A stretch of DNA of 60,452 bases, filler included, from Diploschistes diacapsis (lineage: Eukaryota), in NCBI GenBank assembly GCA_023645945.1. It is 6 parts of 6 records of this genome, joined end to end, with 100 filler letters (N's around TTAATTAATTAA, not from the genome) between each part and the next. Parts side by side here need not be neighbours in the genome. Positions count along the whole stretch, not along the records: positions 10,106 to 20,105 come from JALAIB010000974.1; positions 20,206 to 30,198 come from JALAIB010000975.1; 4 more parts are not named here. One strand, 5' to 3'. This document shows, piece by piece, positions 10,352 to 23,400 of this stretch; positions within the stretch are counted from its first letter, which is position 1, and every line of letters begins with the position of its first letter. Under the pieces are notes generated by a model that was given only the letters and a program-made list of their open reading frames with translations, made no database searches and was not told where the DNA came from. The position numbers were made by a program, and so were the translations under genes.

Positions 10352-13300
10352 ATGGGTCTCTTGGATGACATTTATGGTCCCCCAGTAGAAGAAGAGCAGC
10401 AATCTATCAACGTATACGAGTATCAGAACACTCCAGACAACAAGTCATGGGCGGGAGCCCTGCCTCTAAAGCAGGGACTCTACGACCCAGAGCTTGAGAA
10501 GGATGCCTGTGGTGTCGGCTTCGCTGCGTAAGTTGATCTTCAAGAGCTCTCTGCCATGAGGCTAAACAACAGAGCAGTCACATCAAGGGCAAAGCGAGCC
10601 ACAAGATAGTAAGCGATGGTGAGCATCAATGCCTTCATGTACCCTGCAGCTATTAAGCAGATATAGCGAAAAATTTACTATGCAATATGTCCCACCGGGG
10701 GGCGGTGGGCTCGGATGCTCGAGACGGAGATGGCGCGGGGGTGATGACCTCGATTCCGCACAAGTTCTTTATCAAGAATTTTGAGAGAGAAACGGGCATC
10801 AAATTGCCACCTCAAGGCCAGTATGCAGTCGGAAACCTTTTTTTCAAGCCCGACGAAGAGGCTCTCAAAGTCTCCCTCGACTCTTTCGAAGAAGTTGCCG
10901 AGTCGATTGGGTTGAGAATCCTTGGATGGCGAGAGGTGCCTAGGGATTCGACCCTGCTTGGACCAGCGGCGCTCTCACGAGAGCCTCTTATTCTTCAGCC
11001 GTTCGTCGTGCTCAAGGAGGCGTACGGGAAAGGCACTGAACCTGAGATTACGGATCCTAAAAGATTTGACGAGAAGCAATTCGAACGCCAACTTTATGTC
11101 CTGCGCAAGCGAGCAACGCACCAGATCGGTCTGCACAACTGGTTCTATCTTTGTTCACTGAGCAACAAGAATATCGTCTACAAGGGACAGCTCTCCCCAC
11201 GGCAGGTTTACGAGTACTATCACGACTTGGCGTCCGTAGATTACGAAGGTCACTTCGCGCTCGTTCACTCGCGCTTCTCGACAAATACGTTCCCAAGTTG
11301 GGATCGTGCGCAACCGCTTCGATGGGCTGCGCATAATGGTAAGCGCAGTGCGTGAATCTCATTGTATCCAGACTAATCCGGCATAGGTGAGATCAATACT
11401 CTCAGAGGGAACAAAAACTGGATGCGAGCACGAGAGGGTGTCATGACGTCTGGATTGTTCAAAGAGGAGCTGGATCAGTTGTACCCGATCATTGAAGATG
11501 GCGGGTCTGATTCTGCTGCTTTTGATAATGTGCTCGAGCTTCTGGTGGTCAATGGTGTCCTGTCGCTACCAGAGGCAGTCATGCTCATGGTGCCTGAGGC
11601 ATGGCAAGATAACGTGGCTATGGACGCGGAGAAGTCGGCGTTCTATGAATGGGCAGCGTGTCAGATGGAGCCCTGGGATGGACCAGCTCTCTTCACGTTC
11701 TCTGATGGCAGGTACTGCGGTGCGAACCTCGACCGAAACGGGCTTCGCCCCTGCAGATACTACGTGACCGACGATGACAGAATAATCTGCGCTTCCGAGG
11801 TCGGTACCATCAGTCTTGAACCCGAAAAGATCGTGCAGAAGGGTCGACTGCAGCCTGGAAAGATGTTGCTTGTCGATACTGTTGTGGGGAGAATTGTTGA
11901 TGATACAGAGCTGAAACACCGAGTGACAAACCGTTGTGACTTTAGGTCATGGCTTCAGAAAGAGCTCATTACCCTGCCTAGCGTTTTCGAAAGGCTGCAA
12001 GAACGGGGAACTGAGCTCAAATTTGACTTGAATGACGTGAACGTACAAGCTGACCCGATGCTTAAAGCTTTTGGTTATTCTTTCGAGCAGGTTAGTTTGT
12101 TACTAGGTCCCATGGCCGCCGATTCCAAAGAAGCTTTGGGCTCGATGGGTAATGATGCTCCTCTTGCCTGCCTAGCACAGCAGCCTCGATTGTTGTATGA
12201 GTACTTCCGCCAGCTTTTCGCCCAAGTCACAAATCCTCCAATCGATCCCATCCGTGAAGCCATTGTCATGTCCCTTGAGTGTTATGTCGGCCCCCAGGGC
12301 AACCTTCTTGAAATGGATTCGACCCAATGCCATCGGCTGTTGCTTCCGTCTCCGGTTCTGGCGATCGAAGAGTTCAATGCTTTGAAAAACATCACCCAAC
12401 TTTACAGCGATTGGACCGTTAAGGTTATCGATATCACCTTTCCTAAGAGCGAGGGTGTCGAAGGCTACATGGCTGCTCTGGATCGAATCTGTGATTCAGC
12501 TACAGAGGGCATCGAGAACAACGACAAGCTTCTTGTTCTGTCTGATAGAGCAACCTCTGCTGCTAGAGTATCCGTTTCGGCCCTTCTAGCAACAGGCATG
12601 GTGCACCATCACCTCGTCCGTAACAAGTGGAGGTCAAAAGTTGCCTTGATTGCTGAAACTGCGGAGGCCAGGGAGGTTCATCACATGTGCGTGCTCCTTG
12701 GGTATGGTGTTGACGCCATCTGTCCTTACCTCGCAATGGAATGCATTTTGAAGATGAATCGCGAAAAGCTCATCAGAAAGAAGCTCACGAATGAGCGATT
12801 GATTCAGAACTATAAGTACTCTTGTGATGGGGGTATCTTGAAGGTCATGAGTAAAATGGGAATATCGACCCTCCAGAGCTACAAGGGAGCGCAGATATTC
12901 GAGGCTCTGGGCGTAGATGACGCTGTCGTGGACCGTTGCTTTACCGGGACTGCAACCCGAATCAAGGGCATCACCTTTGAGTTGATCGCCCAAGACGCTT
13001 TCGCTTTGCACGAGCAGGGCTTTCCTTCACGCAAGGTCGTGACTATTCCCGGCTTGGCTGAATCTGGCGAGTATCACTGGCGGGACGGCGGCGAGCCCCA
13101 TGTCAACGACCCCGTCAGTATTGCGAATATCCAAGATGCAGTAAGATCCAAGAATGACAAGTCTTACGAGGCATATTCTCTATCGGAGTATGAATCGATC
13201 AAGAACTGTACCCTTCGCGGCATGCTGGACTTCGATTTCGATACTCGCAATCCCGTTCCGATCGATCAAGTGGAGCCTTGGACGGAGATAGTAAGGCGTT

Positions 13301-16300
13301 TCGTTACTGGCGCGATGTCTTACGGTTCAATATCGATGGAGGCCCATTCGACGTTGGCCGTTGCCATGAACAGACTGGGAGGCAAATCCAATACAGGTGA
13401 AGGTGGGGAGGACCCGGAAAGAAGTTTGGTAATGGAGAATGGAGACACGATGAGATCGGCGATCAAGCAGGTTGCTTCTGGTCGATTTGGCGTCACTGCG
13501 CACTATCTCTCTGATGCAGACGAGATTCAGATCAAGATGGCGCAGGGTGCGAAGCCAGGTGAAGGTGGGGAGCTCCCCGGTCATAAAGTGTCTGGTCCGA
13601 TTGCCCGGACGCGGCATTCCACCCCTGGTGTCGGTCTGATCTCGCCTCCGCCTCACCACGACATTTATTCGATCGAAGATTTGAAGCAGCTGATCTACGA
13701 CCTGAAATGCTCAAGCCCACGTTGTCGCGTATCGGTGAAGCTCGTTTCGGAAACAGGTGTCGGTATCGTCGCTTCAGGAGTGGCGAAAGCCAAGGCCGAT
13801 CATGTAAGTTGCCCGACGCGTCCTGCAAAAAAATACCCTTGCTAACGAGGCTTTGAAGATCCTAATCTCAGGCCACGACGGTGGAACCGGCGCCTCAAGA
13901 TGGACTGGTATCAAGTACGCAGGTCTTCCATGGGAGCTTGGTCTTGCCGAGACGCATCAGACCCTTGTCCTCAATGACCTTCGGGGGAGGGTTATTGTCC
14001 AGACTGATGGGCAGCTGAGGACTGGTAGGGACGTCGCCGTCGCCTGTCTACTCGGTGCAGAGGAGTGGGGTTTCGCAACAACTCCTCTCATCGCGATGGG
14101 ATGTATCATGATGCGCAAGTGTCACCTGGTGTGTCTTTCCCAAGGCTTATAATCCACAGCCATGAGCTAATGTTTGGCTTAGAACACTTGTCCGGTGGGC
14201 ATTGCAACCCAAGATCCAGAACTGAGGAAGAAGTTTACAGGAACTCCTGAGCACGTGATCAATTTCTTTTACTACGTTAGGTGCGTTGTCTAGAGCCCTT
14301 CTTAGCTCGTCACCGTGTTAAATCACACAAATCTGACGTGCACTAGCAATGAACTCCGTTCAATAATGGCGAAACTGGGCTTCCGCACCGTCAACGAGAT
14401 GGTCGGTCATTCCGAAGTCCTTCGCATGCGTGAAGATCTGCGGTCCCTTAAGACCGAAAATATCGATCTGTCTTTAATCTTGACCCCAGCACACCAGTTG
14501 CGACCGGGTGTTGCGACATATAATGTCCGAAAGCAGGATCACCGCCTTCATGTACGCCTGGATAATAAGCTTATCTCTGAATCGGAGTTGGCCCTCGAAA
14601 AAGGCTTGCCATGCCGCATTGAATGCGACATCGTGAACACCGATCGAGCTATGGGCGCCACATTATCGTATCAGATAAGCAAACGATATGGCGAAGCGGG
14701 CTTACCGCAGGACACTATCCATGCTAACGTCAAAGGTTCCGCTGGCCAATCCTTTGGCGCATTCTTGGCTCCAGGTGTGACACTTGAGCTGGAAGGCGAC
14801 GCCAACGACTATGTCGGAAAAGGTCTCTCCGGCGGACGACTTATCGTCTATCCACCTCGCAGCGCCGTTTTCAAAGCTGAAGAAAACATCATCATTGGCA
14901 ATGTCTGCTTGTATGGTGCCACCGCTGGAACTTGCTACTTCCGTGGTGTTGCTGCCGAGAGATTCGCTGTGCGCAATTCCGGTGCCACGGCTGTCATTGA
15001 AGGCGTGGGCGACCACGGTTGTGAATACATGACTGGGGGCAGAGTTCTCGTTCTTGGTGCTACCGGACGAAACTTCGCAGCCGGCATGTCTGGTGGTATC
15101 GCCTACGTTCTGGATATGAACAGAGACTTCCGCTCCAAGATCAACATGGAAATGGTGGAAGTAACCGGTATCGACGATCCTGCTGAGATTGCATTTGTCC
15201 GTGGGCTGGTCGAAGATCACCACCATTATACAGGGTCGGAGCTCGCCGCTCGCATACTTTTGGACTTCACCAGGGCCCTACCGCGATTCGTCAAGGTGCT
15301 TCCAACTGACTACAAGCGGGTTATGGAAGAAGAAGCCATCAAAGCCGCGGAAGCGAAAAAGGCAGAATACCCACTGCCCATCCTTCCAGGTAATGCCGTT
15401 CGAACCTTGCACGAAGAATCGAAGAAGCACACGCATGAAAAAGAGGCTGATGCAAAAAGGGCTGACGCGACCGATATTGAAGACATCGTTACAGACACAA
15501 AGGCTGAGAAGAAGCGATCGGCCTTAGTTCTAGACAAGACAAAGGGTTTCATGAAATACCAGCGGCGGAGCGAGAAATACCGCAAGCCCGAGAGTCGAAC
15601 GCGGGATTGGAAGGAGTTATCCTCCCGTCTTGACGAGGATGGACTTAAGTTCCAAACGGCTAGATGTATGGACTGTGGTGTTCCCTTCTGTCAGTCTGAC
15701 ACTGGTTGCCCCGTCTCGAATATCATTCCCAAGTGGAATGAGCTTGTTTTCCAGAACCAATGGAAAGATGCGCTCGACCGACTCAACATGACAAATAACT
15801 TTCCCGAGTTCACCGGCCGTGTCTGCCCGGCCCCTTGCGAAGGCGCTTGTGTGCTTGGCATCAATGAGGACCCTGTCGGCATCAAGTCTATCGAATGCGC
15901 CATCATTGACCGTGGCTTCGAGATGGGATGGATGGTGCCGAAGCCTCCCCCTGACCGAACAGGCAAAAGAGTCGCTATCATCGGGTCAGGACCGGCTGGA
16001 CTAGCCTGTGCTGATCAGCTGAACAATGTTGGTCACTCTATCACGGTTTATGAGCGCTCGGATAGAATTGGCGGCCTGCTCATGTATGGCATTCCCAACA
16101 TGAAGCTCGACAAAAAGATCGTGCAACGCAGAGTCAATTTCATGGCCGCAGAGGGAATCGAATTCGTCACTGGCGTCGAAGTTGGTCCCAACAATGAAGT
16201 CAGTATTGATTCGTTACGTCAAGGGTATGATGCTGTAGTCGTTGCGACTGGTGCTACGATTCCACGAGACCTTCGGATCCCAGGCAGAGAATTTGAAGGC

Positions 16301-17181
16301 ATTCATTTCGCAATGCAATTCTTGCACAAGAACACAAAATCGCTTCTTGACAGCGAGCTGGACGACGGAGCCTACATCTCTGCCAAAGGTAAGGATGTCA
16401 TTGTCATTGGTGGTGGTGATACCGGCAATGACTGCATTGGAACTTCCGTGCGCCACGGTGCCAAGTCGGTCACAAACTTTGAGCTTCTTCCTCAACCACC
16501 CCCGGAGCGTGCCCGTGACAACCCGTGGCCGCAGTGGCCGCGTATCTACCGTGTGGACTACGGACATGCCGAAGTCAAGACTCATATGGGAAAGGATCCT
16601 CGCGAATACTGCGTTATGTCGAAAGACTTTGTCTCTGACGACGACGGCAAGGTCACTGGAGTCAACGTTGTCCGCGTGGAATGGACAAAGAGCGCTTCTG
16701 GTGGTTGGGACATGAAGCAAGTTGAGGGTAGCGAGCAGTTCTTCCCGGCTCAGCTTGTGCTACTTTCCATGGGTTTCTTAGGCCCGGAGGAACTGTCGAC
16801 TGAGATCGAAAAGGACGCTCGCAAGAACTTCAAGACTCCCGCAGGCCAGTATAATACGAACCTCGCAGGAGTCTTTGCAGCTGGAGACTGCCGCCGTGGG
16901 CAGTCATTGATTGTGTGGTATGTTTTTTAACTCGTTGCTTGGTTGGACTATTGGAATTTAGAACTCTAACTATCGGGCAGGGGCATCAACGAAGGGCGCG
17001 CTGCCGCTCGCGATGTCGACACCTATTTGATGGGTACGGCCACACCGCTTCCCAAGGTCGGGTAAGTAACCATAGTCCTTCCTGTGAGCATCGACTGATA
17101 CTCGTTAGTGGTATCGCGCCGCGTGCACCATACCAGAACGCCAATCGACCGAAGGGGATTCAGCAAGCCGTCGCAGCATGA
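10352..17181 (+). CDS. GLT1: NADH-dependent glutamate synthase (GOGAT), single alpha-beta polypeptide, 9 exons
   Basis: EKDACGVGF (Ntn Cys), [98 protein letters not shown]. The breaks between ORFs coincide with GT..AG introns; stop at 17181. Confidence 0.98.
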
Positions 17182-17998
17182 TCATTCCGGGGCCGAGTTC
17201 CGCTCGTATGAGCAAATTACCATGCCTTTCTTTCATGAACGTACTATTTACCAAATGTCTCGATATCCGATGTCAGATGTTGTAGCTTGGGTCTGTCGGG
17301 AATGTGCAGAGAAGACGTTTGCTTTTTGGTTGATTCGATGTGTTTTGAGCCTTATGTCTGTCACGCATGGGATGGAATGATTTGCAATGTGTGGCTATTT
17401 GGGCAGGTGGGTAAGGATACGAGATAGCATTTGCGTCGACTGCTCAGTTAATGTACCGCTCTTTAATTGTTTTATGTATGTAGGATTTTTATCGAAGAAT
17501 GATGAATGTTTGATTTCAGCGGGCGCAGTTCCAAAGTTGCTGTTGAACTCGCACAAGTTTATCCACGAGTTATGTTATGCAAGCACGCGTCTAATCTCTC
17601 AATTCTTTGTGTAAAAGTCTATAAACTCTATACTTCACTCACCAATCCAATCCAGTTCTTCTGTGCATCAAAGGAAGCCTATGCAATGCAATGCCAAAGC
17701 TCAAACAAGACCTGACACTCCATGTGCTTGGTGACGGAGCTCTTGGTTGGATCGATCGGCTTCGGCTTCAGCTTCAGCTTCAGCGTCAGTCAGCGTAGCA
17801 TAGAGTAACCTTGTGGTACATACTGCCCTCAGTGAGTCGCGTTTTCGCGTTTATGTCCCTCCCTGATATCTCGTGTTGTCAAGCATGTCATCATATTATG
17901 CACCCATCCATCATAATAGCTACCTTCTTTCTCGAAACATCGACCGCATCATTAAGTCTTCATCGAATATCATATCGCGCAATCAATCGCGCATCGTA

Positions 17999-18388
17999 TC
18001 AACCAAAAGGCCTTGGTTCTTTTAACAGCATCCGCCCTCGAGTCCAAAAAGTCTTCATGCCCGCCTGCTTGCTGACAACGCCGCTCCCCTTCCACTCCTC
18101 CCTCCACCCGCGCCATTCGTCGGGTCTGATTTCCGCGCGCGTGTCGAGGGCTTCGTTGATCTCGAGGCGGCGGGCTATAAAAGAATCTATCTCGTAAGTA
18201 CGAATAGTCGTAGCGGGAGCGGAAGGGACGGCAGGAGCCGGAAGAAAGGTATGAGTAAGGGCGGGTTTGGGCTTCGGGACCGCGTCTTCTATCGTACCTT
18301 CGACGGTGGAGGGAAAGAACGTCGTATCGAAACCGAATTCGGAGGCGTCGTCGTCGATAACGATAAAGCGAAAGTGCGTGCCACGCAA
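17999..18388 (-). CDS. Hypothetical protein fragment, probably the 3' part of a gene whose 5' end was displaced by the adjacent repeat
   Basis: 129-codon open frame with no ATG start and a protein-like C-terminus (FIARRLEINEALD...EWRGWREEWKG...FWTRGRMLLKEPRPFG). It abuts the A14 tract at 18391. Confidence 0.3.
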   Translation of the reverse strand: MRGTHFRFIVIDDDASEFGFDTTFFPSTVEGTIEDAVPKPKPALTHTFLPAPAVPSAPATTIRTYEIDSFIARRLEINEALDTRAEIRPDEWRGWREEWKGSGVVSKQAGMKTFWTRGRMLLKEPRPFG

Positions 18389-18389
18389 T

Positions 18390-19985
18390 TAAAAAAAAAA
18401 AAAATTCTTAATTTAAATATACCCGAGCTTTGATCTTAGGCTTAATACGTCTGATTTTGGCCGTGTCGTTAATGGCCCGAACATCGTCCAAATCGAATAA
18501 TAAGAAAAGTATTCGGCCGTGACCTTTCCTCGAATATTTACGTTAGATAACGAAATCCCTTCTACGAACATTAATATACTTCGAAAACTTATCATACATA
18601 CTTGATTAAAAGGGCGCCGTAATGGTATATCGGCGCTTCGTCGGACTTTCTTCGGCATGTTCCAGTTTGCGTTCTTGATTATTAGAACTATAGGTACTGC
18701 CCCGATGATATAAGAACTGGTCGAAGTTAATCTGTTTGAAAAGAATAATCGACTTCGACGGGGTGTTATATTCTAATTCAACTTCGTTGTCGCTAATAAT
18801 ATACTTAGAAATAACGGAATTTAATTAAACCTATCCCTTGTTCGAAAAGTACTCCAGTCGAAAGAAGCAGTAAGCCATCTCATAAACTTAATTAAGCGAG
18901 AAGATCGCTTACTCAAGTCTCTTCTACGTTACGTCACTCCAGCCACAGACGTTGATTTCAATGAGCATTTTATTTCTCGTAGTTGGTACGCTCGGTACGC
19001 TCGTGGCACGATTATAATCGAATTAATTAATATACTTTTCTATTAGTATTATTAATAGGAAGCTATTTTTATTTATAATTAATATCTTTATATCCGATAA
19101 AATAAATATTAAATTTATAGGTAAAATTAAGGACTCTAAACGTTTTTATATTTATAATTTAAATAAAGGCTATATCGGGAAATTATTCGAAATAAAGGTA
19201 AATTAATTATTAAATCTAAATTATAAATCTAAAAAATGGCTCGCGCAATTTTAAAAATATACAAACGAACGTTACCTAACTATAGCAGCCAGTGAACCTC
19301 CCGATATTATAAATATTTATTTAGACCTTCAGCTCGGGCAATTTCCTCTACATGCCTCAGTCGTTCTATCATCATTTTATTCTTTCTTTATTGGCAAACA
19401 CATCTACCGTAAGCTTGCTAACGATATTACAATCCAGAAAAGGTAGTAGCCGCGTTCTTTCATTCTACGATGGTGATTCGCATAGGATACGAGATAAAGA
19501 CGGATTTCGAGCGTTTGCTTTCGCTGCCTCTTCTGTACCGGTAATGGAAATAAATTACGAAGCCTTTTAAGCTCTTATATTATTGCATCTTCGCCTAGTT
19601 CGACATCCTTTCTATTTTATTTCTTTTTTTAATAACTTCCGTTCTGTTTTCTATCGCGCGTTACGATTAAAGATAAATCTTAGAATCGCAATAATCGACG
19701 AAAAGAATAAAAAGAAAGTATATTAAATAAATACCTATTAGCCGATCTATTTTTATACATCACGAAAAGTTTTTGTCGGCGAAACACCGCGAAAATCCGC
19801 AAGGTTGGCGAAACTGGCGAAACCGGCGAGGTGGGCGACAGATAATGCGTTTAAGCGACTCGCCAACTTTCGCCAAAAGGTTTGGCGAAACACAGCGAAA
19901 CCGGCGAAACCGGCGAAACTGGCAAAACTAGCAAAACTGGCGAAAGCTGGCGAAGATGGCGAGGCCAATCATTTTTTTACTAATA
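18390..19985 (-). mobile_element. RIP-degenerated transposon-like element with subterminal repeats (possible CACTA/EnSpm-like end)
   Basis: AT-rich and CpA/TpG-depleted. Frame 18968-18408 is interrupted by TAA/TAG stops. A 9-bp repeat array lies at 19778-19964. The minus-strand terminus TATTAGTAAAAAAA equals CACTAG(C/T)AAAAAAA after C-to-T changes. Confidence 0.55.
19778..19964. repeat. Array of GGCGAAACY-type 9-bp repeats in direct and inverted orientation
   Basis: More than a dozen copies (ggcgaaact, ggcgaaacc, ggcaaaact...), including the perfect hairpin TTTCGCCAAA-agg-TTTGGCGAAA at 19868-19890. Confidence 0.9.
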
Positions 19986-20105
19986 TATTACGTAAGCAAA
20001 AAAATTAGTGATTATAATATAATACTAATAATATTAATAATATTAATTAATTAATGATTATATAATCATAATTACGTAATTATTTAATTATTATTATTAT
20101 TATTA

Positions 20106-20205
20106 NNNNNNNNNNNNNNNNNNNNNNNNNNNNNNNNNNNNNNNNNNNNTTAATTAATTAANNNNNNNNNNNNNNNNNNNNNNNNNNNNNNNNNNNNNNN
20201 NNNNN
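20106..20205. other. Artificial contig spacer
   Basis: N44-TTAATTAATTAA-N44. Confidence 0.98.
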
Positions 20206-20239
20206 GGGCTGGGCGACGAGAGCGCGCTGGCCGTGTCAG

Positions 20240-20241
20240 GG

Positions 20242-20273
<32 letters not shown>

Positions 20274-20527
20274 GACGGAGGCGGAGATCAGCGGGATGCA
20301 GTGAAGTGTCTACGTGGGTAATACGTCCCTCTTTCTTTGCGGCTCCAGCGGGGCTTTCTTGCGTGGCAGAGCGAGTGGTTGGTTGTGTAATTCCTGCCGC
20401 CGCCGCCGCCGCCACTGCTACTGCTATTATTTGTTATTATTATTATTACTACTACTGTCGAGAACGCTGCTGCTCGCCCGCCGCGGCGGGACACGAAACC
20501 AGCCCTGACCCGTCCTGATGATGATGG

Positions 20528-20559
<32 letters not shown>

Positions 20560-21010
20560 ACGCTGGCGCGCGAGCAAATGAAAAAAAAGAGGGCCGAAAA
20601 TCGGGCGCATTGGCGCGCTGCTGTCTGAGGCTCTGTTCTATCCCGTCCCGTCCTATTTTATCCTATCCTATCCAATCGAGTAGAGCGGGCGCCCGGAAGG
20701 GGGGAGAAGGGGTTATAGAGAGAAGGGCCAGTGTGCTGTGCCGAGCTTGTGCTGGGATTTGCACAGAAGAAGAAGAAGAAGAAGAAGAAGAAGAACGGAG
20801 GAGGGGGGGCGGTTTTGTGTTCATGGCCCCCCCCCCCGCCTTCGCTTTCTGGGGGAATGGAAGATGGAAGATGGAAGATTTGGAAGGAATGGAGAGGGGA
20901 AAGGATAGAGGGAGAGAGAGAGAGCTTGCGTGTGTTGTACTTTTGCTTTGCTTCTTTTACTACATGCTGAAAACTGTATGTGGGTTCGGGCTGGCTGGCT
21001 GGCTACCGAC
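20240..21010. repeat. Microsatellite-dense region
   Basis: (GGCGAG)n ~20245-20274, (GCC)n ~20395-20413, (TAT/TAC)n ~20425-20456, (TGC)n 20528-20559, (AGA)n 20765-20795, (ATGGAAG)x3, (GA)n, (GGCT)n. Confidence 0.85.
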
Positions 21011-23400
21011 GAGTTAGGTAGGTAGGAGGAGGGGGGACCTTGCTAAAAAGGTAGAAAGTAGCAAGTGACCAAATAATAGCCCCAATGGGGCCAGTTCCTG
21101 TAGAGTCTGATGGGCTGGAGTCGAAGAAAACACAACAAAGCAACGAACGGCCCCGTGCTGACCTATGATGTCTATTCTATTTTTTGTTGTTGGATTTTGT
21201 TTGTTTGTTTGTTTGTTCTTGGGCGACTGTCTGTTGGGCTTGGGGCTTTTTCAACCAAGTGCGGCGGGCTTTGCAAGTGCTATGCTATGCTATGCTGTGC
21301 TGTGGTCCAACGTGAACGAACCTGTAGATATATAAAATGCATGTATAACGAAAGCATGGGTACCAAAAGCTCGTTCTATCTACCGGTGGTGTTTTTGTTT
21401 AGCAGTGCATGCTGGTGCTAGTATAATACCAGGTGGTTGCACGCCCCATGTAACATGTAGATATAAATGTAGTGCAGTGCGTCCATGCAAAACGTATTTT
21501 TCCCACCGACTGCTCTTTCGCCCTCCCTCCCTTTCCAAGTCCGCTTCTACCTCGAAAGCATGCGAGGAAGGAATGAATGAATACTGAAATACAGATACCA
21601 TACCGTCTCCGATAAAATAGGGACCCCCCATCGCACATCCCGCTCGTTCCCGCCCATGCCGTCAAAACCTACAGCAAGCACACCGTATCATGGCCACAGA
21701 AGTCGTAGGAGGAGGCGAGAACAGATACCCCAGTCTGCAGAGGGGAAAGGAGATCGATTCCCTTCCGTCAGGACAGTGTCAGCCGCATCTCGTATATGCC
21801 TTTTCCCATCTCCACGGGGAAGGGGGCTGCTGTTTCCTCAAACGGTGGGAGCAGAACGTGTCTTTGCGTCATCGAAACAAGGTCTTGGGCGCAACAGTGA
21901 GCGATATGGGACTCTTTGCGGCGGCAGCGGTGTCTCGTGTACCTTTGTGCTCTGTGTCGCCGCTCTTCTTCCATACTATTGCCGTTTTCGAGTCCGGCTC
22001 GGAAAAGGAAGGGCTGACGTGGGCATGGCATGGTGTGCCTTGGCCTGGAACTTCGCTGGAGGATATCAGTCTGTGTCAGTTGGCGGCGGGGTAGTGGTGG
22101 CATGCAGTAGCTGGTGGGCGCTAGTTGTGGTTGACCTGGTTGTTGTCACTAGCGAGTAAAATGGTTCCGGTTCCGGTCGCATGTTGAGTGGCTCATAGAC
22201 GGAAGAGGAACGGGATGCGGCTCTGCGTAATTCGCCGGAAAAAGAATGGTCTCCTGCGATTGATTAATCACGCACTACTTTTCTTTTGATTAGAATCCAG
22301 TTGAATATAGGGGCAAGGCGTATATCCCATGACGACCTTCTAGTGCATGATGCGGGGGGACCTGAGGTACGCATACTTCAACGGTACATCGTCTATTGGG
22401 GTACTGTAGGATTTAATGGAAAGTTGAGTTGGCAGCAGGGACCTTCACAAATCGTAGAATAGGTATCACTGCCCATAGAAAGAAAGATCCTTAGGAACCT
22501 CAACGCGCGTTGTAAAGTAGCAGAGTAAGCAAACCGACTATTTCGGGTCATTCAAGGTGCGACTTCTTCCCTAAGGGGCTGCCCCTGGCGTATGGAGTTT
22601 AGAAAGAAGAGAACTTTTGAGCCACATACCAAATCAAGGCGCCTCATGGAAATCAATAGTGTACCTTTTGTTCCTCCTGATCACGGGAGAGGGGCAGCAC
22701 GGTTGCAGTGGGATCACAGACGTTCATGCATTACCACCCGGACATTCGATCAAGCGATTGACGTGGCGCCTATTAATCTTGGCTGAAGCAAGTATTCGAG
22801 GATTCAGGAAGATGTGCATTGGGCAAAAGGAGGTGGATAGCCAGAGTGCTGATTGTGCTTGTAGGATGACCACAGATCCGGTCAGGCCCTTGCGACTGTT
22901 GCCCAGTGACCGTCCAAGAATCGCGAGGGAATGTCTGCGGAAGTAGTCGGCAGCGCATCGCATTTTGAAAGGTCCCTCGCGCCAGTCTCAAGTAAACTAT
23001 GTTGGAAGCCGTAAACAGAAGATGAGCCGAAGCTTGTCACTTGGATGCGCCGGGACCTCTTGCATATGCAGCCATTGCTGTACGAGATCTCCAAACTTCT
23101 CGCATCTCTTGGTTTCTCATTGCTCGTTGCCCGATAGCGTACCTCATACTCATGATGGAGAATTATCCTATGGCTATTCCCAATAACCCAGACCGTATAC
23201 CCCAGCTGCTCATTGATCCATCTAATGCTTCTGTATAGCCTAGCCCAATATAAGTTCTATAGCGCAAAAAAAATATAATTCATTAAAAGCTTGCTAAGAG
23301 GCAGCCAAAGAGGTGCACAGAACGTTTGAACGCGCAATCGCCAGCCCAATGATGTATTACCGAGGATGGAGAAACTTGAGATGTTGGGGTAGGGGGTTGA

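Noticed and set aside
10922..16720. Antisense and alternate-frame ORFs inside GLT1 (likewise in RNR2, ORC2, PGS1, the lipase and the YhfW-like gene)
   Set aside because: These are shadow ORFs caused by the codon bias of the real genes.
19753..20008. AKPAKLAK / FASFAGF repeat peptides, or a CRISPR-like array
   Set aside because: They are translations of the 9-bp DNA repeat. The units are too short, there are no unique spacers, and the context is eukaryotic.
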